NCBI GenBank assembly: GCA_051294375.1
Contig: JBJCIZ010000282.1
Coordinates: 240,161 to 304,160 of the forward strand
Source: Paraspadella gotoi
Taxonomy: Eukaryota; Animalia; Chaetognatha
Direction: 5' to 3'
DNA length: 64,000 bases
Part shown: piece by piece, positions 38,556 to 51,100 of the stretch
Layout of the letters: the number at the start of each line of letters is the position of its first letter
How positions within the stretch are numbered: the stretch's first letter is position 1
The notes under the pieces: model-generated
What the model was told of the DNA's origin: nothing
The model's database searches: none
Seen by the model: the letters and a program-made list of their open reading frames with translations, nothing else
Made by a program: the position numbers and the translations under genes

Positions 38556-39555
38556 AGTGTTAAAAAGAAAGTGAGTCGCAATGTTTATGACAAATTTACG
38601 TAATATTTATTCATATTTTTTGATTTCAGTATATTAAAAAAAGAAAATACCACTTAAGATTAAATCGATGGGAACACTTCTATGCTCCGCCAGCATTAAT
38701 AATCAAGGTACTAAATTTATGAAAATTTTGCAAATTACTTGTTTCACTATTTTGTATTTTTTATTTATTTTATAAAGCTATTTAGTATTTATATTAATAT
38801 TATTTAATCAAATATATTGCTTTCTTTTTTAAAATATTTTTAATATTATCTAATAACTTCATTTGGGAAGGGGAAGTCAGTTTGTCTTCTGGAAATAGAG
38901 GAGCATCTATACAACACAAGTTGAACGTTATCGAATCTGTCCTTTAGTTCTTATATAGAGTATCACACATCATTTCTGTTAGTAAAGTCGATTAATGAAA
39001 ATCATATATCTAAGAGGCTGAACAACAAAAGGGGTAGGAATGGATAATTTTTGAGGGCGGACACAACGTATATATATGATTTTTTTTTACCAAAGGGATA
39101 GACTGATGCGGTTCTGTAAGCCGTTAAGTTTTTAGAAAAACTGCTTAACCGTTAAAAACTAACGTTTTTTACACGGTTAACACCGCTTAAAATCGGTTAA
39201 TTTTTAATTTAACTTTAAATTTAAAATATTATATTTCATAAAACTAACTTAAAAGATATTTAATGGTTTTTTCTCCTTAACTCCGGCTACTAGAATCGTC
39301 TTTATCTTTCTAATGTACTGAACTGGCCAAAAAACTATCGAGCGTAGAGTCAGTAAGTACTAAGGTTTCTTCCTCTATCACAATTGACTTGCTAACGGCT
39401 TCTCTCAACTATCGCTGTCTTTCAGAACTATTACTATAAATGTAGTTTAGTATAGTTGGGCCACTGTCCTGCAGGGGTGAGGCAACAATAGCAGGGCGGC
39501 CCTGTGAAGAACCTTGTTGACGTAAGCGAAGCGAGTGAGCGAGAACAAGCGGGCT

Positions 39556-40041
39556 TGTTAGAAGTCTAAACCGAAAAAGTAAAATTAGAAATATGGACAA
39601 TGTGTTCACTATTTAATTAGACAAATAACTTAACAATTTGAAACTGGTTCTGAGTTTATAAAAGATTCTATTTTGCATCCATTTACCTTGTATTCCGGAT
39701 AGTCCAAGAAAAGTAAGTAAGGAACCACTTGCCAATAACTAAATATCTAAAAGAAAAAGCATTTACCAAAGATATTAAAGAAAAGCCAGCATAAGCAACA
39801 CGTGGGTGAATGACAAGTTTCCATTCGAAGATCGAAATGTAAACGTTGCGATTCACTGCGCATGCGCATGATTTATAAAATTAAAGGACTATTCTGCCCT
39901 CTGACGAGACTAATGGTTCCAAATCCTCCGGATCCCAAAAGTAAAGTTCAACAAAATAGCAACGTTAGAAACCGTTAGGGAAATAGTATGAAGAAGAGGA
40001 AGACAGAAATATTTAGCTTAATAATTTCTTAACACCCCCCG
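39556..40041 (-). repeat. Possible LTR plus polypurine tract nested in the hAT element
   Basis: TGTTAGAA...TTCTTAACA termini (39556-40034), preceded on the minus strand by GCGGGGGG. Confidence 0.4.
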
Positions 40042-41110
40042 CTTGGAAATAGTATCAGCATTTCCAATAAGGAATGGCAAGCAAGTATCAAGACATAAAT
40101 ATTTCTTAATGTTCGTAAATGGGGAAAGAAAGAAGCTGGAATGTAGAACACACACTGTACATACTTCACGGTTTAGCTTACACTATTTAACCAGACGCGA
40201 CATAAATCAGTCGCATTACTAGGAGTTCTGAGTAGGCCCAGAAGGACGGTGACCGAACCACTTTATTCGCAAAAGGTTTTGTTGTTATTTCGCGAGTTAC
40301 AAGATACAATTGAACAGGAAATTATGATAACAAAGACACTGACGAGGAAATTCAATTTATCACTCAACAAATAAACATGACCAAATAAATGGTAAACGGC
40401 AACGATTACAAACCACGCCACGACTCAAGGACTCCAGTTCAATTTCCACCCGATACACACCGGGCGTCGTGTTGCGGTTGTTTGTATCCGTTGACGTCGG
40501 TAACTACCAGTGTGCGTGGCACCGTCCGAGAGCCCCTAAGTTTCTAAACAAAAACGCCCGTTTTTTGGTGAAATACAAGAAAGTACTTATTATCCTAGGG
40601 ATACAAAGACACAAACGAACCAAAGGGAACTAACCAAACAATATCTATCTTATATATTTCGCTTGTAGAATAACTGGCTATCTCGGGCAACCAAATTCAA
40701 TTCCTTATAGTTGATAAATGAGAAAATTGGTTTGAAAAAACAGCATTATAATAAATTTTTCTTTTGCCTTATAGCATAATAAAAATATAAAAAAGAGAAT
40801 GAAAGAAAAAGCACAATATAATTTTAATTCTGTATATTTTGTTTTCTCTTTCTCTCTTTTTCTTTCTTTCTTTTGTTTTCGCTTTTTCCTTTTCTATTTC
40901 TCTTCCTCATTATTTTTATAGTTGTTAGTTTCTTGAAAGCATGTTTTCTGTTGTTAGTCTTTCATAAACCATGACCTTAAATATAAATATAATTATGAAT
41001 ATTGTGTTAAGACTTTCTTTTTGTTGCGTTTATAGATAAGTGAAAGCAAAATTTATTTTTATACAAACAACAGATTTTTATTTTTAAAAAACGGACATGT
41101 TTCGACTCTC

Positions 41111-41158
41111 ACGCGCTGATGTAGACTCGCAAAAACTAGAGTCGAAACATGTCCGTTT
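41111..41158 (+). ncRNA. Minimal type I hammerhead ribozyme motif (PLE/retrozyme-like) with a 1-nt insertion in the core
   Basis: GCG CTGATG(T)A GACTC-gcaaaaacta-GAGTC GAAAC-AT-GTC CGT, with palindromic stem III ACATGT. Confidence 0.6.
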
Positions 41159-42140
41159 TTTGGAATAAAAACCCGTTGTTTGTAAATAAATAAACTTTGT
41201 TTTCTCTTAATTATGAATATCAATTTATTAATTGAATGGTTGAATGATCGATTGATCAAAAAAGTTATTAATTAATAAATATTTTTTTAAATTTTATTAA
41301 AGTAAAGTATATTATCATTGAAGGATAGTTTTAGTTAGCCTTAATGTCTTTTCAAAGATTCATTCCTTCTGTTGTTCATTTTTAAAATGTTTTCTAATAA
41401 TTTTTTTATTTTAGTTTTTTTTTTAAATTTTTTCATTCATTCGGCTTTATTTTATTTACTTCTTTGTTCGTTTTAAAAATTAAAAGAAAAAGTTAAAAAA
41501 AGTAAAATAAGAAAGATTATTTATTTTTTTTATTAGCAAAATAGAATATTATTGCATCTAAAAATTTTATTTGCAAAAAAATATATGCAGATGCATATTA
41601 TATTTCAAAATATTCTTTGATGTAAATGTATAAAATTAGCTGAAAGGAAAAACGAAAACAATTGGGAGAAAGTAAGTAAAAAAAAAACCAGAGAGGCAGA
41701 AAAAAATGATAATAGATTAAAATAGAAAAAGATTTAAAGGGTTGAAAATAAAAAAGAAAAAAAAAGGGGAAAATGTAGAACAGAGAAAGAAAGGGAGAGA
41801 AGAAGGAAAAAAAATTTTTTCTTAAAAAATCAAAGTTTCATAACAAAAAACAACAAAAATCATACTTGAAAATTAACCGTTAAAATAAATATATTAACGG
41901 TTAAGTTAAAATTATTTTTAACCATTAATAACCGTTAACTGTTAACGGTTATCGGAACTCTAGATAAGACTACCATGTAGAATTGTATGTTCTGATAAAG
42001 ATACATACTGGGGAAAGGTCTATAGGGGCACCTGTATGTCATGAATATAATTTTAAAATACTTAAATGAAAATTATATTTTGTCTTTATCCTATTTTAAA
42101 TTATTTATTTTTTGAATATTTTTTATTTTTAATGTTTATA

Positions 42141-42247
42141 CAATGGGAAGGTCATCAGTTGGGAACCTATACCCTTCATGGATTTCGGCTCTTTAATCCC
42201 AATATCCAGGTATAGACGAGCCATCACCAAATGGTGATCCTTCATTG
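42141..42247 (-). ncRNA. Structured RNA motif in the PLE pseudo-LTR, copy 2 (candidate scrambled/pseudoknotted hammerhead ribozyme)
   Basis: Contains CUGAUGA, GAAA and UA, with six complementary helix pairs in a GC-richer island in otherwise very AT-rich UTR. See findings. Confidence 0.5.
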
Positions 42248-42963
42248 TTGCTCATCTTATATTTTAAAGGTATATTTTGAATGTTTATTTTAAACAGACC
42301 AAAGCCCTAGTATCACAGTTTTATTAATTTTATGGAAATTTATTAAGGTTTTGTAATAATTTGTAAATTGTAAATGAATTAAATAAGTTAAATAATTAAT
42401 TAAGTATTAAGTTAAATAATTTTAAAGGTATATTTTGAATGTTTATTTTAAACAGACCAAAGCCCTAGTATCACAGCATTATTAATTTTAGGGAAATTTA
42501 TTAAGGTTTTGTAATAATTTGTAAATTGTAAATGAATTAAATAAGTTAAATAATTAATTAAATTTTAAGTAAATAATCAAGGGTATGTTAATGTAAAGCT
42601 AACATTAAGTTAATTAAAAAAGTTAAAATAAGTTAAATCAAAGAGTTAAATAAGTTAAATTAGTTAAATAAGTTTTTTAACTAATATTTGATGTATTATT
42701 ATTATTATTTAAAGTGGTTTAATTTTGTTATTTTTACCTTATTATTTCTATTAGGAATTATCATGTATAATCTTTTTCGAAATAGATTAAATATCAGTAA
42801 CATTATATTTTTTTATTAGTTCCTTAAAATTATTGAAAAATTTAATTCCCATTTTTCTTAAGTCTTTAAATATATAACCCTGATTTTGTAGTTTTTTGCT
42901 TAAATTTATTGCTCTTGATGAAAAATCTGTAAACATCGAACATATTCTTGCATATCTAATTAA

Positions 42964-45900
42964 TTGGGTAATAAATACACCTCGTGCTGCTTTTCTAGGA
43001 ATACAACTATCCATATATGGGTAATTAACTACTTCAAAAGAAAAGGAATCTCTTTTATCATAAACAGAAAGAGTAAGATTTTTGTTTTCTTATTTAATAT
43101 TAATGTCTAGATAATCTACATTTGTATCTGTACTATTAGATTTATTGACAGTAAGTGCTGCTGGATATATGTTAGCAAGATGTGTTTTAAAATCCTTAAA
43201 ATCTGCTGAAAAAAGGTCATCAATATATCTTGAGCAATTTATATATATATTATTAATATATTACAGAACTCTTAATGATAAAAAGTGATCAATTTTGGCC
43301 TGCCTTAATAACCATGCACTGTAAATATATTCTGTAACTATGTATAACCATGCTTTGTAACTATGTACTATTAATATAATTTATATTCAACATTGTAAAT
43401 ATGTACTGAAAATACATGTAAATATTAAGGCATAGTGAAAGTTACATACGAAAATTCTAAAAGTCAATTATGAACAACATACCATCAGTGAACATTAATT
43501 TGTAAAAAAATTAATTTTATGTTTTTTAATTTTTGTAGTAGGCTATATTTATATATAGTACTATCCTTATAATATCGAAAATTTTCAAAATAGGCTTTTC
43601 TTAATTTTGATTGCAGATTTGAATTCCTCGTCAAAAGTTGATGAAAGAAAATATAAATCATTTTTAAAAATTCTTTCATTAAGTGGGTTAAAAATTAAAA
43701 AATACTATATTTAATATATAAAAAGTTAATTTTCAGCTTAAAATATAGCTTTTTCTAATTTTTGACCCACTTAATAAAGGAATTTTTCAAAAAGAGTTAT
43801 ATTTCTTATGACAAATCCAAATCTGCAAAAAAATCTTAAAAAAACTGTTTTGAAATTTGAACATTTCTTGGTTTAGTACTTGTATAAATGTGGCCTACTG
43901 CGTAAATTGTAAAATTTATTGTAAATTTTTTTATTACATAAATGTTCATTAGTATAATATTGTTCGTTCCTCACTTTTGGAATTTTAATTAAAGTTAAAT
44001 TTAGAAATTTTACTACGCCTTAGTAAATATCATTCAACTTTAATTTTATTTATTTAATTAATTAGTTAGCATTTCTTAAAATTGTTTTTCGCTTGGCTCC
44101 ATCTCTTTTTCGCCTGTCAGGGTTTTGAGCACGACAAAAGAATAAAGCGTTATTATTATTCAAAGAGAGAGAGAGAGAGACATAGATAGAAAGAGAGAGA
44201 AAGAGAGAGAGACATAGATAGAAAGAGAGAAACTCGAAACCATCACCGCTGGGGATGGCTTCGTTGCGTTAATATCAGGAGTGCTATTGGTAAAAATTGG
44301 CCTCTCTTCTGCTCAAAAACTTGGTTCCACACAGACAACATTTCTAGAAATAGTTGCTTTTTAACTATAGTTTTTTCAGTCCGCCCACCTTAAAAATATA
44401 CTGAATGAAACATCTGTAAAATAAAAATAAATAATTTAAATATATGATTTAAAAATAAGTACGATGGCGGTTTTTTTAATGTGGATCTTTTTATTATTGG
44501 CAGCGGTGTCGGTCAATAGTTTGAGAATTTTTTTGTCTAGGTGGTTCGGGATTGCAAAATGAATGCGAGTCTTCATTGTCCTTGCTTGCCCCTGGGCAAA
44601 GCTTTTTTTTTAGGAGCGCTTCGAGATCAAAGTCGTCAATAGTAGAAACCGCTGCCAAAGTCTTGGAAGCATAACGATGGTGATGACCTCTTTTTCCCAT
44701 GGGAGAGAGAAATTTGCGAGGCTGCAGTTTTCCATCTCAATCTCCTTCCCCTCCCACCTCACAATCATCCACCTCCTCTTTATTCTCCTCTCCTACCTCC
44801 TCAGCCTCCTTCTTCGTTGCTATTTCATATCAATGGAGGCTGCTGCTGCCGCCACTTAATTTCACCAATGGTCTCCAATGATATTATTTGCTAGGAGTTG
44901 CCTCATTGTATGGTGAGTTGGAGGACAATTGTTGCTGGAAGCACTGACAAGCCAGAAGAAGATGCAGCCCTAGCTTTGGTGATCGAAGCCTCGACGGCCG
45001 GAGGCCGAAGGCGATGTACAAAGGGACTTCGGCCGTCAAGGCTTCGATCACCAAAGCTAGGGCTGCATCTTCTTCTGGCTTGTCAGTGCTTCCAGCAACA
45101 ATTGTCCTCCAACTCACCATACAATGAGGCAACTCCTAGCAAATAATATCATTGGAGACCATTGGTGAAATTAAGTGGCGGCAGCAGCAGCCTCCATTGA
45201 TATGAAATAGCAACGAAGAAGGAGGCTGAGAGGTAGGAGAGGAGAATAAAGAGGAGGTGGATGATTGTGAGGTGGGAGGGGAAGGAGATTGAGATGGAAA
45301 ACTGCAGCCTCGCAAATTTCTCTCTCCCATGGGAAAAAGAGGTCATCACCATCGTTATGCTTCCAAGACTTTGGCAGCGGTTTCTACTATTGACGACTTT
45401 GATCTCGAAGCGCTCCTAAAAAAAAGCTTTGCCCAGGGGCAAGCAAGGACAATGAAGACTCGCATTCATTTTGCAATCCCGAACCACCTAGACAAAAAAA
45501 TTATCAAACTATTGACCGACACCGCTGCCAATATAAAAAGATCCACATTAAAAAACCGCCATCGTACTTATTTTTAAATCATATATTTAAATTATTTATT
45601 TTTATTTTACAGATGTTTCATTCAGTATATTTTTAAGGTGGGCGGACTGAAAAAACTATAGTTAAAAAGCAACTATTTCTAGAAATGTTGTCTGTGTGGA
45701 ACCAAGTTTTTGAGCAGAAGAGAGGCCAATTTTTACCAATAGCACTCCTGATATTAACGCAACGAAGCCATCCCAGCGGTGATGGTTTCGAGTTCTCTCT
45801 TTCTATCTATGTCTCTCTCTCTTTCTCTCTCTTTCTATCTATGTCTCTCTCTCTCTCTCTTTGAATAATAATAACGCTTTATTCTTTTGTCGTGCTCAAA

Positions 45901-47055
45901 ACCCTGACAGGCGAAAAAGAGATGGAGCCAAGCGAAAAACAATTTTAAGAATGCTAACTAATTAATTAAATAAATAAAATTAAAGTTGAATGATATTTAC
46001 TAAGGCGTAGTAAATTTCTAAATTTAACTTTAATTAAAATTCCAAAAGTGAGGAACGAACAATATTATACTAATGAACATTTATGTAATAAAAAAATTTA
46101 CAATAAATTTTACAATTTACGCAGTAGGCCACATTTATACAAGTACTAAACCAAGAAATGTTCAAATTTCAAAACAGTTTTTTTAAGATTTTTTTGCAGA
46201 TTTGGATTTGTCAAAGAAATAATAACTCTTTTTGAAAAATTCCTTTATTAAGTGGGTCAAAAATTAGAAAAAGCTATATTTTAAGCTGAAAATTAACTTT
46301 TTATATATTAAATATAGTATTTTTTAATTTTTAACCCACTTAATGAAAGAATTTTTAAAAATGATTTATATTTTCTTTCATCAACTTTTGACGAGGAATT
46401 CAAATCTGCAATCAAAATTAAGAAAAGCCTATTTTGAAAATTTTCGATATTATAAGGATAGTACTATATATAAATATAGCCTACTACAAAAATTAAAAAC
46501 ATAAAATTAATTTTTTACAAATTAATGTTCACTGATGGTATGTTGTTCATAATTGACTTTTAGAATTTTCGTATGTAACTTTCACTATGCCTTAATATTT
46601 ACATGTATTTTCAGTACATATTTACAATGTTGAATATAAATTATATTAATAGTACATAGTTACAAAGCATGGTTATACATAGTTACAGAATATATTTACA
46701 GTGCATGGTTATTAAGGCAGGCCAAAATTGATCACTTTTTATCATTAAGAGTTCTGTAATATATTAATAATATATATAAATTGCTCAAGATATATTGATG
46801 ACCTTTTTTCAGCAGATTTTAAGGATTTTAAAACACATCTTGCTAACATATATCCAGCAGCACTTACTGTCAATAAATCTAATAGTACAGATACAAATGT
46901 AGATTATCTAGACATTAATATTAAATAAGAAAACAAAAATCTTACTCTTTCTGTTTATGATAAAAGAGATTCCTTTTCTTTTGAAAGTAGTTAATTACCC
47001 ATATATGGATAGTTGTATTCCTAGAAAAGCAGCACGAGGTGTATTTATTACCCAA
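42964..47055. repeat. ~4.1-kb near-perfect palindrome (arms ~2 kb) centred near 45015 and ending at an N gap
   Basis: Mirror-image ORFs (44884-45132 minus and 44898-45146 plus; 44494-44700 minus and 45329-45577 plus). The arms differ mostly by 1-nt indels. Confidence 0.95.
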
Positions 47056-47509
47056 NNNNNNNNNNNNNNNNNNNNNNNNNNNNNNNNNNNNNNNNNNNNN
47101 NNNNNNNNNNNNNNNNNNNNNNNNNNNNNNNNNNNNNNNNNNNNNNNNNNNNNNNTATGATACTAAGAGAGATTAGGAACAACTTAACTCATCCGTTAGA
47201 GTTTACGACATGCGTTTACGTATCACTCTCGCTCATCTATGCGTGGCGCGTCCAGTTTCCGGCGCGATTCACACTTCCGCAGCGGCATTTACGCGAGCGA
47301 GCACTCTCTCACCGCGCAATGTAATCGTCGACACTAGAGTAGCTTCTCCCATGCCAGCAAACGTGCCCTTCTAACGACTAATTCTATCTCGTTACTAATC
47401 TGTCCAGGCGTGATCCGATTTGCACCCTCCACCGCGCCGTGAGGTCTCCGGGGCACGACGTGAGTACTCATCGCAACCGGCATGCCGCCTTCTCGTACAT
47501 CCCTAACAC

Positions 47510-48100
47510 ACAGGTTTAGGGCTTTAAGGGTTCGAGTTGGTAGTTAATTAATTAATCGGCTTTAGATTTTAGGCTTATATGTTAAATATACAATTTTAGG
47601 GTTAGGGGTATGGGTAGAGGTGTTGTTCGAGTTTGAGAATGGAGGTTCGCCGAAAGCTAATGGGTTAGGGTCTAGGGAAGGTACTAGGGCGAGGGACATA
47701 TAGAGATTAGGGGTTGAGGGACAGAGATGTGAGACGGGAGGTCCTGGGCCGGTGTTAGGTTAGGTAGTTGGAGAAGAGTTGGCCCGTTGGGTATAATAAT
47801 ATCAAAAAGGCGGTTACAGGAGGTTAGGGTTGAGGTACACGAGATGTAACGGGAGGGCCGAGCCTGGGTTAAAAGGCGTTAGTACGGGAGAGGTCATGGA
47901 GTTTGAAGCGAGGAGTGTCCTCGTTCTTAGGCGTTAGGGTGTAAGGGAGGGGGCCACGATTATTTGAGGAGTTGCAGTACTGAGATCTCGAAAGAGTCCG
48001 TTAGGGCTTAAGTCCGGTTTTGAGGCATGGAGATAGTAAGGAGGAGGCGCAAGACCGTCTCCGGGTTAGGGATTAGGGGAGGAAGGACAAAGGAGATTTG
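47510..48100 (+). repeat. Noisy copy of the TTAGGG-module minisatellite
   Basis: TTAGGGTTGAGG..GAGATG..ACGGGAGG modules matching 19900-20560. Confidence 0.8.
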
Positions 48101-48103
48101 AGA

Positions 48104-51100
48104 TGGGTACTTATAACACTGGGGCACCAACAAAAATAGTAATAGTAAGTATTAACCACGTAGGTATGTATAAATCCGGAGAAGTGGATTAAGTAGTATT
48201 ACCTTTCCTGAAGTTCCTCCCTCGTTAATCGTATAAATTAACTATAAAATTTATAGAATAGCATGCTTGATCACTCCTGAGAATTATGAAACGCCAGGCG
48301 AATCGTTCTAGTGGAGACCAGCAGTTGACGTCACGCATGCGTATCGAATCGAGTGTCGACGCCGAGTACTTCAGCCACCGGGAGTCTTTTGTTTGAAAAT
48401 AGAACCAAAAAACCTCGAATAATGAGATAATTCCCTCCATCTAAACGTCATCAATGTAGCCTTTGTGTGATATAGTTCTGACGGACACTAGGTTAGTCAT
48501 ATCTATACCAAAGATGGCCTCAGCCTGATTAGGCAGACTATTATTATTTAACGTTAATTGAAGACTTTTTGTTATAATTCTGGCTTAATTACGTTAGAAA
48601 TCGTTTATAGTCGCTGTCTAGCCTTGATACTGTGCCAGGGTTATCCGCCTTGCTACAAGTGGTGGAGCGCCGACGGTTTTACGGAGCAAGAGCCAACACT
48701 CCAGACGCTTTGCTTCTGACCATAAACATAATGTCATAAAATAAGTGACTGTGCTGTCTGCCTTAAAACTAAATCTTTAAGGACGCTTTATATTCATCAA
48801 AAATAGGCCTTTAAATAACTACCATTGGCAAAACCTTGTCGAGCTCCCTCTCTCTCGCACTGCAGCCGGCTCTATTTTATTAATCACAGTCATCAGGACA
48901 ATACAACAAAGGAAAGAAGGAGCAGAGTCAAAGGTGAGTGCCCGACAACTAGGCCGTATACAGTGGACACAGAATTATTCCCCTCAGGTAGGCAAGACGT
49001 AAAGAAGATTTTAAGCCTTGAGAAAGGCGCCTTGCCCTGATCTCTGACCATCTATCTTGTTCTATGTCTACGCGTCCCAACCCAACGATTCTGGGCGGAC
49101 GTCTCTCCACTATCTTCAGACTCAACAGTATGCGCCTAGCGCCAACACAAAATTAACACGGTCCAAAGGGACTAGGATTAACGAAACACAGCGGCCGACC
49201 GATCTGCCGACGGCCGACGCCGCCTCAGTGAATTTTTCCCTGATCCCCACAGAACGCCATCATTGCGCGCGAAGAATGGCTATCAAGCGCCGCCGTCCCG
49301 ACCCCCAGAGCGTGACCTTATTCGCACGACTTGGACGGGCCACACCGCGCAGCGTCGATGCAAGGAATGTCTCTGATATAAAAGCCCAAACTGCCTGATA
49401 TTCGACCCAGACAAACGTGGAACTACTGGATCCAGCGAAAAATAGAGGCAGCCTAAACCACGGCGCGCGGGGACGACAACAGGCTCAAAGGAAAAATTCG
49501 CGAACATCATCGAGGATAAGTTCTCGGGCTGGATTTAATGCCCAAAAATGCTTTTCGTCTTCGGTGAAGTGCGAACCGAGCACCGCCTCGAGCATGGTAG
49601 AACGAACTGTCCTCAGTTCTATCTCACAGACCGAATATGGTCGCAGCATGGCTCCACTCTCAGCAGGCCGCGCTGCCACTCATCGACGGCACTTCTCGAC
49701 GTCGAAAATCGATCGCCCCTCCCAACTATATGGCTCGTCATGAATAGGAAAGACGGGGAGAAGTGTGAGCGTCCGATGACATCAATGAAAGAAGCTCCTG
49801 TTAAGAGATTACAGCCGCGGAAATTACAACGAAGCCTGGCGGAACGAGTCGAGACGGTCGAGTGCAAGAGACTAGCAAGCTCACTTCGGGCCGACACCGC
49901 CTACTTCGACCGTACTTGTACGAGTGCATTGAAGCGATGGCGTCATATGAGGCTGCTCCCATTAATAAGCCTATGCTTCAGCAATCAGCCCCTACTCAAT
50001 CAAACAACAGGCGATCTCGCCTCCCCGTCAATGGCAAGAAGAGACTGCCTTCTCTCGTATGACGTCAACGCCATAATACCGACAAACAATCATTCCAAAT
50101 TCAATCGCGTCAACAACCTAAGCCTTGCACACTCGTCGACGAGGCGAACCCCGACAGGGCACCGTCAGGACCAATCTACATCGCAGCAGAAGAGCTACTA
50201 CGCGTTGACATCTGTTTTCTAACCATAAAATAATGGCGACGCAGCCAAAATAAGAATGTTGAGCCTAGGTTGCTATAAGCAACAGGGCGGGAAAACTTGA
50301 AGGTCGCGGCGGGAAGGAGGTGAACGCCATCTAGCGCCGACCGAGCCACTGCATTCAAATTCTAAAGATTCTTTATTTCTTATTTGCGTTCACGCACGCC
50401 GCACAGACCTCAACTGCTCGTCGACGGCGAGCACCTTGACCTCGTGTCCTCAATACCCCACCAACGAAAAAGGAGAGGGAAAAATGGAGAATCGAACACG
50501 CAAAACTTAAAGCCGCCAACGGCTCCGCCCAATCGCCCTGCTTTGGATTATCGAGACGTTTAAGGTTCCATACTGGGAAAGGCGAGTTTTTCCCTTTCAC
50601 GGTAACCATAGCGGTGTAACTCACCCATACTCCGCTCAGATTTTCCTGGCCGAGCACTAATTTATGCTCCCACCACAGAGAATGGTATTTTTATCGACGC
50701 TGATTAAATTTTTAGTAAGCTATAAAAAAACCCGCCGCGCTTTCAAAAAAAAGCCCCCCGGCAAAAAAATTTAAAAAAACAAAACCCAATCCCCCGGAAT
50801 CAGAGTCATACTTTAGTTAAACATCAGGCGATGATCCATATTAGCAAGTTACTCGATACCTATCATAAACCCTTCTGTAACTTCCTTCATTTCAAAACAC
50901 CCACTGAACGCAAAACATGGGGTAAAAACATTATATCCCAATGAAACTGGCCGGACCAGTCGACAAATCAAGAGCGCGGACGTTTAGACTCCAGAAGCTC
51001 GAAGTAGCCAAGAAGGAGCTCGACAAAGCCTGTGCGAACTCGGCATTCCGCCCGGCCGCTCGGCGGCCAAACAGCGAGTAGTGCGTACGCCGTTACTGGT

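Larger units (their letters stand above)
39104..41962. mobile_element. Non-autonomous hAT-type element inserted in the upstream PLE copy
   Basis: It interrupts GGGATAAGACTACC, which is intact at ~35034-35047. 8-bp TSD GATAAGAC (left copy GATAGAC). The right terminus read inward is TAGAGTTCCGATAACCGTTAA, with a degenerate left counterpart. Clustered AACCGTT/AACGGTT sub-terminal repeats at both ends. Confidence 0.8.
34660..43240 (-). mobile_element. Penelope-like retroelement, Naiad type, partial tandem: full copy ~34660-38710 plus 5'-truncated upstream copy 38715-43240 forming the pseudo-LTR
   Basis: 34660-36350 is repeated at 38715-39103 plus 41963-43240. The upstream copy ends at an (AT)n run at 43241. 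Confidence 0.9.

Noticed and set aside
42141-42258. HDV-like ribozyme fold of the pseudo-LTR motif
   Set aside because: A P1/P2/P3-like pairing can be drawn in copy 2, but L3/P1.1 do not fit and P1 is lost in copy 1.
44494-45577. Mirror ORFs at the palindrome centre
   Set aside because: Short and stop-interrupted, with no recognisable domain. The symmetry is produced by the palindrome.
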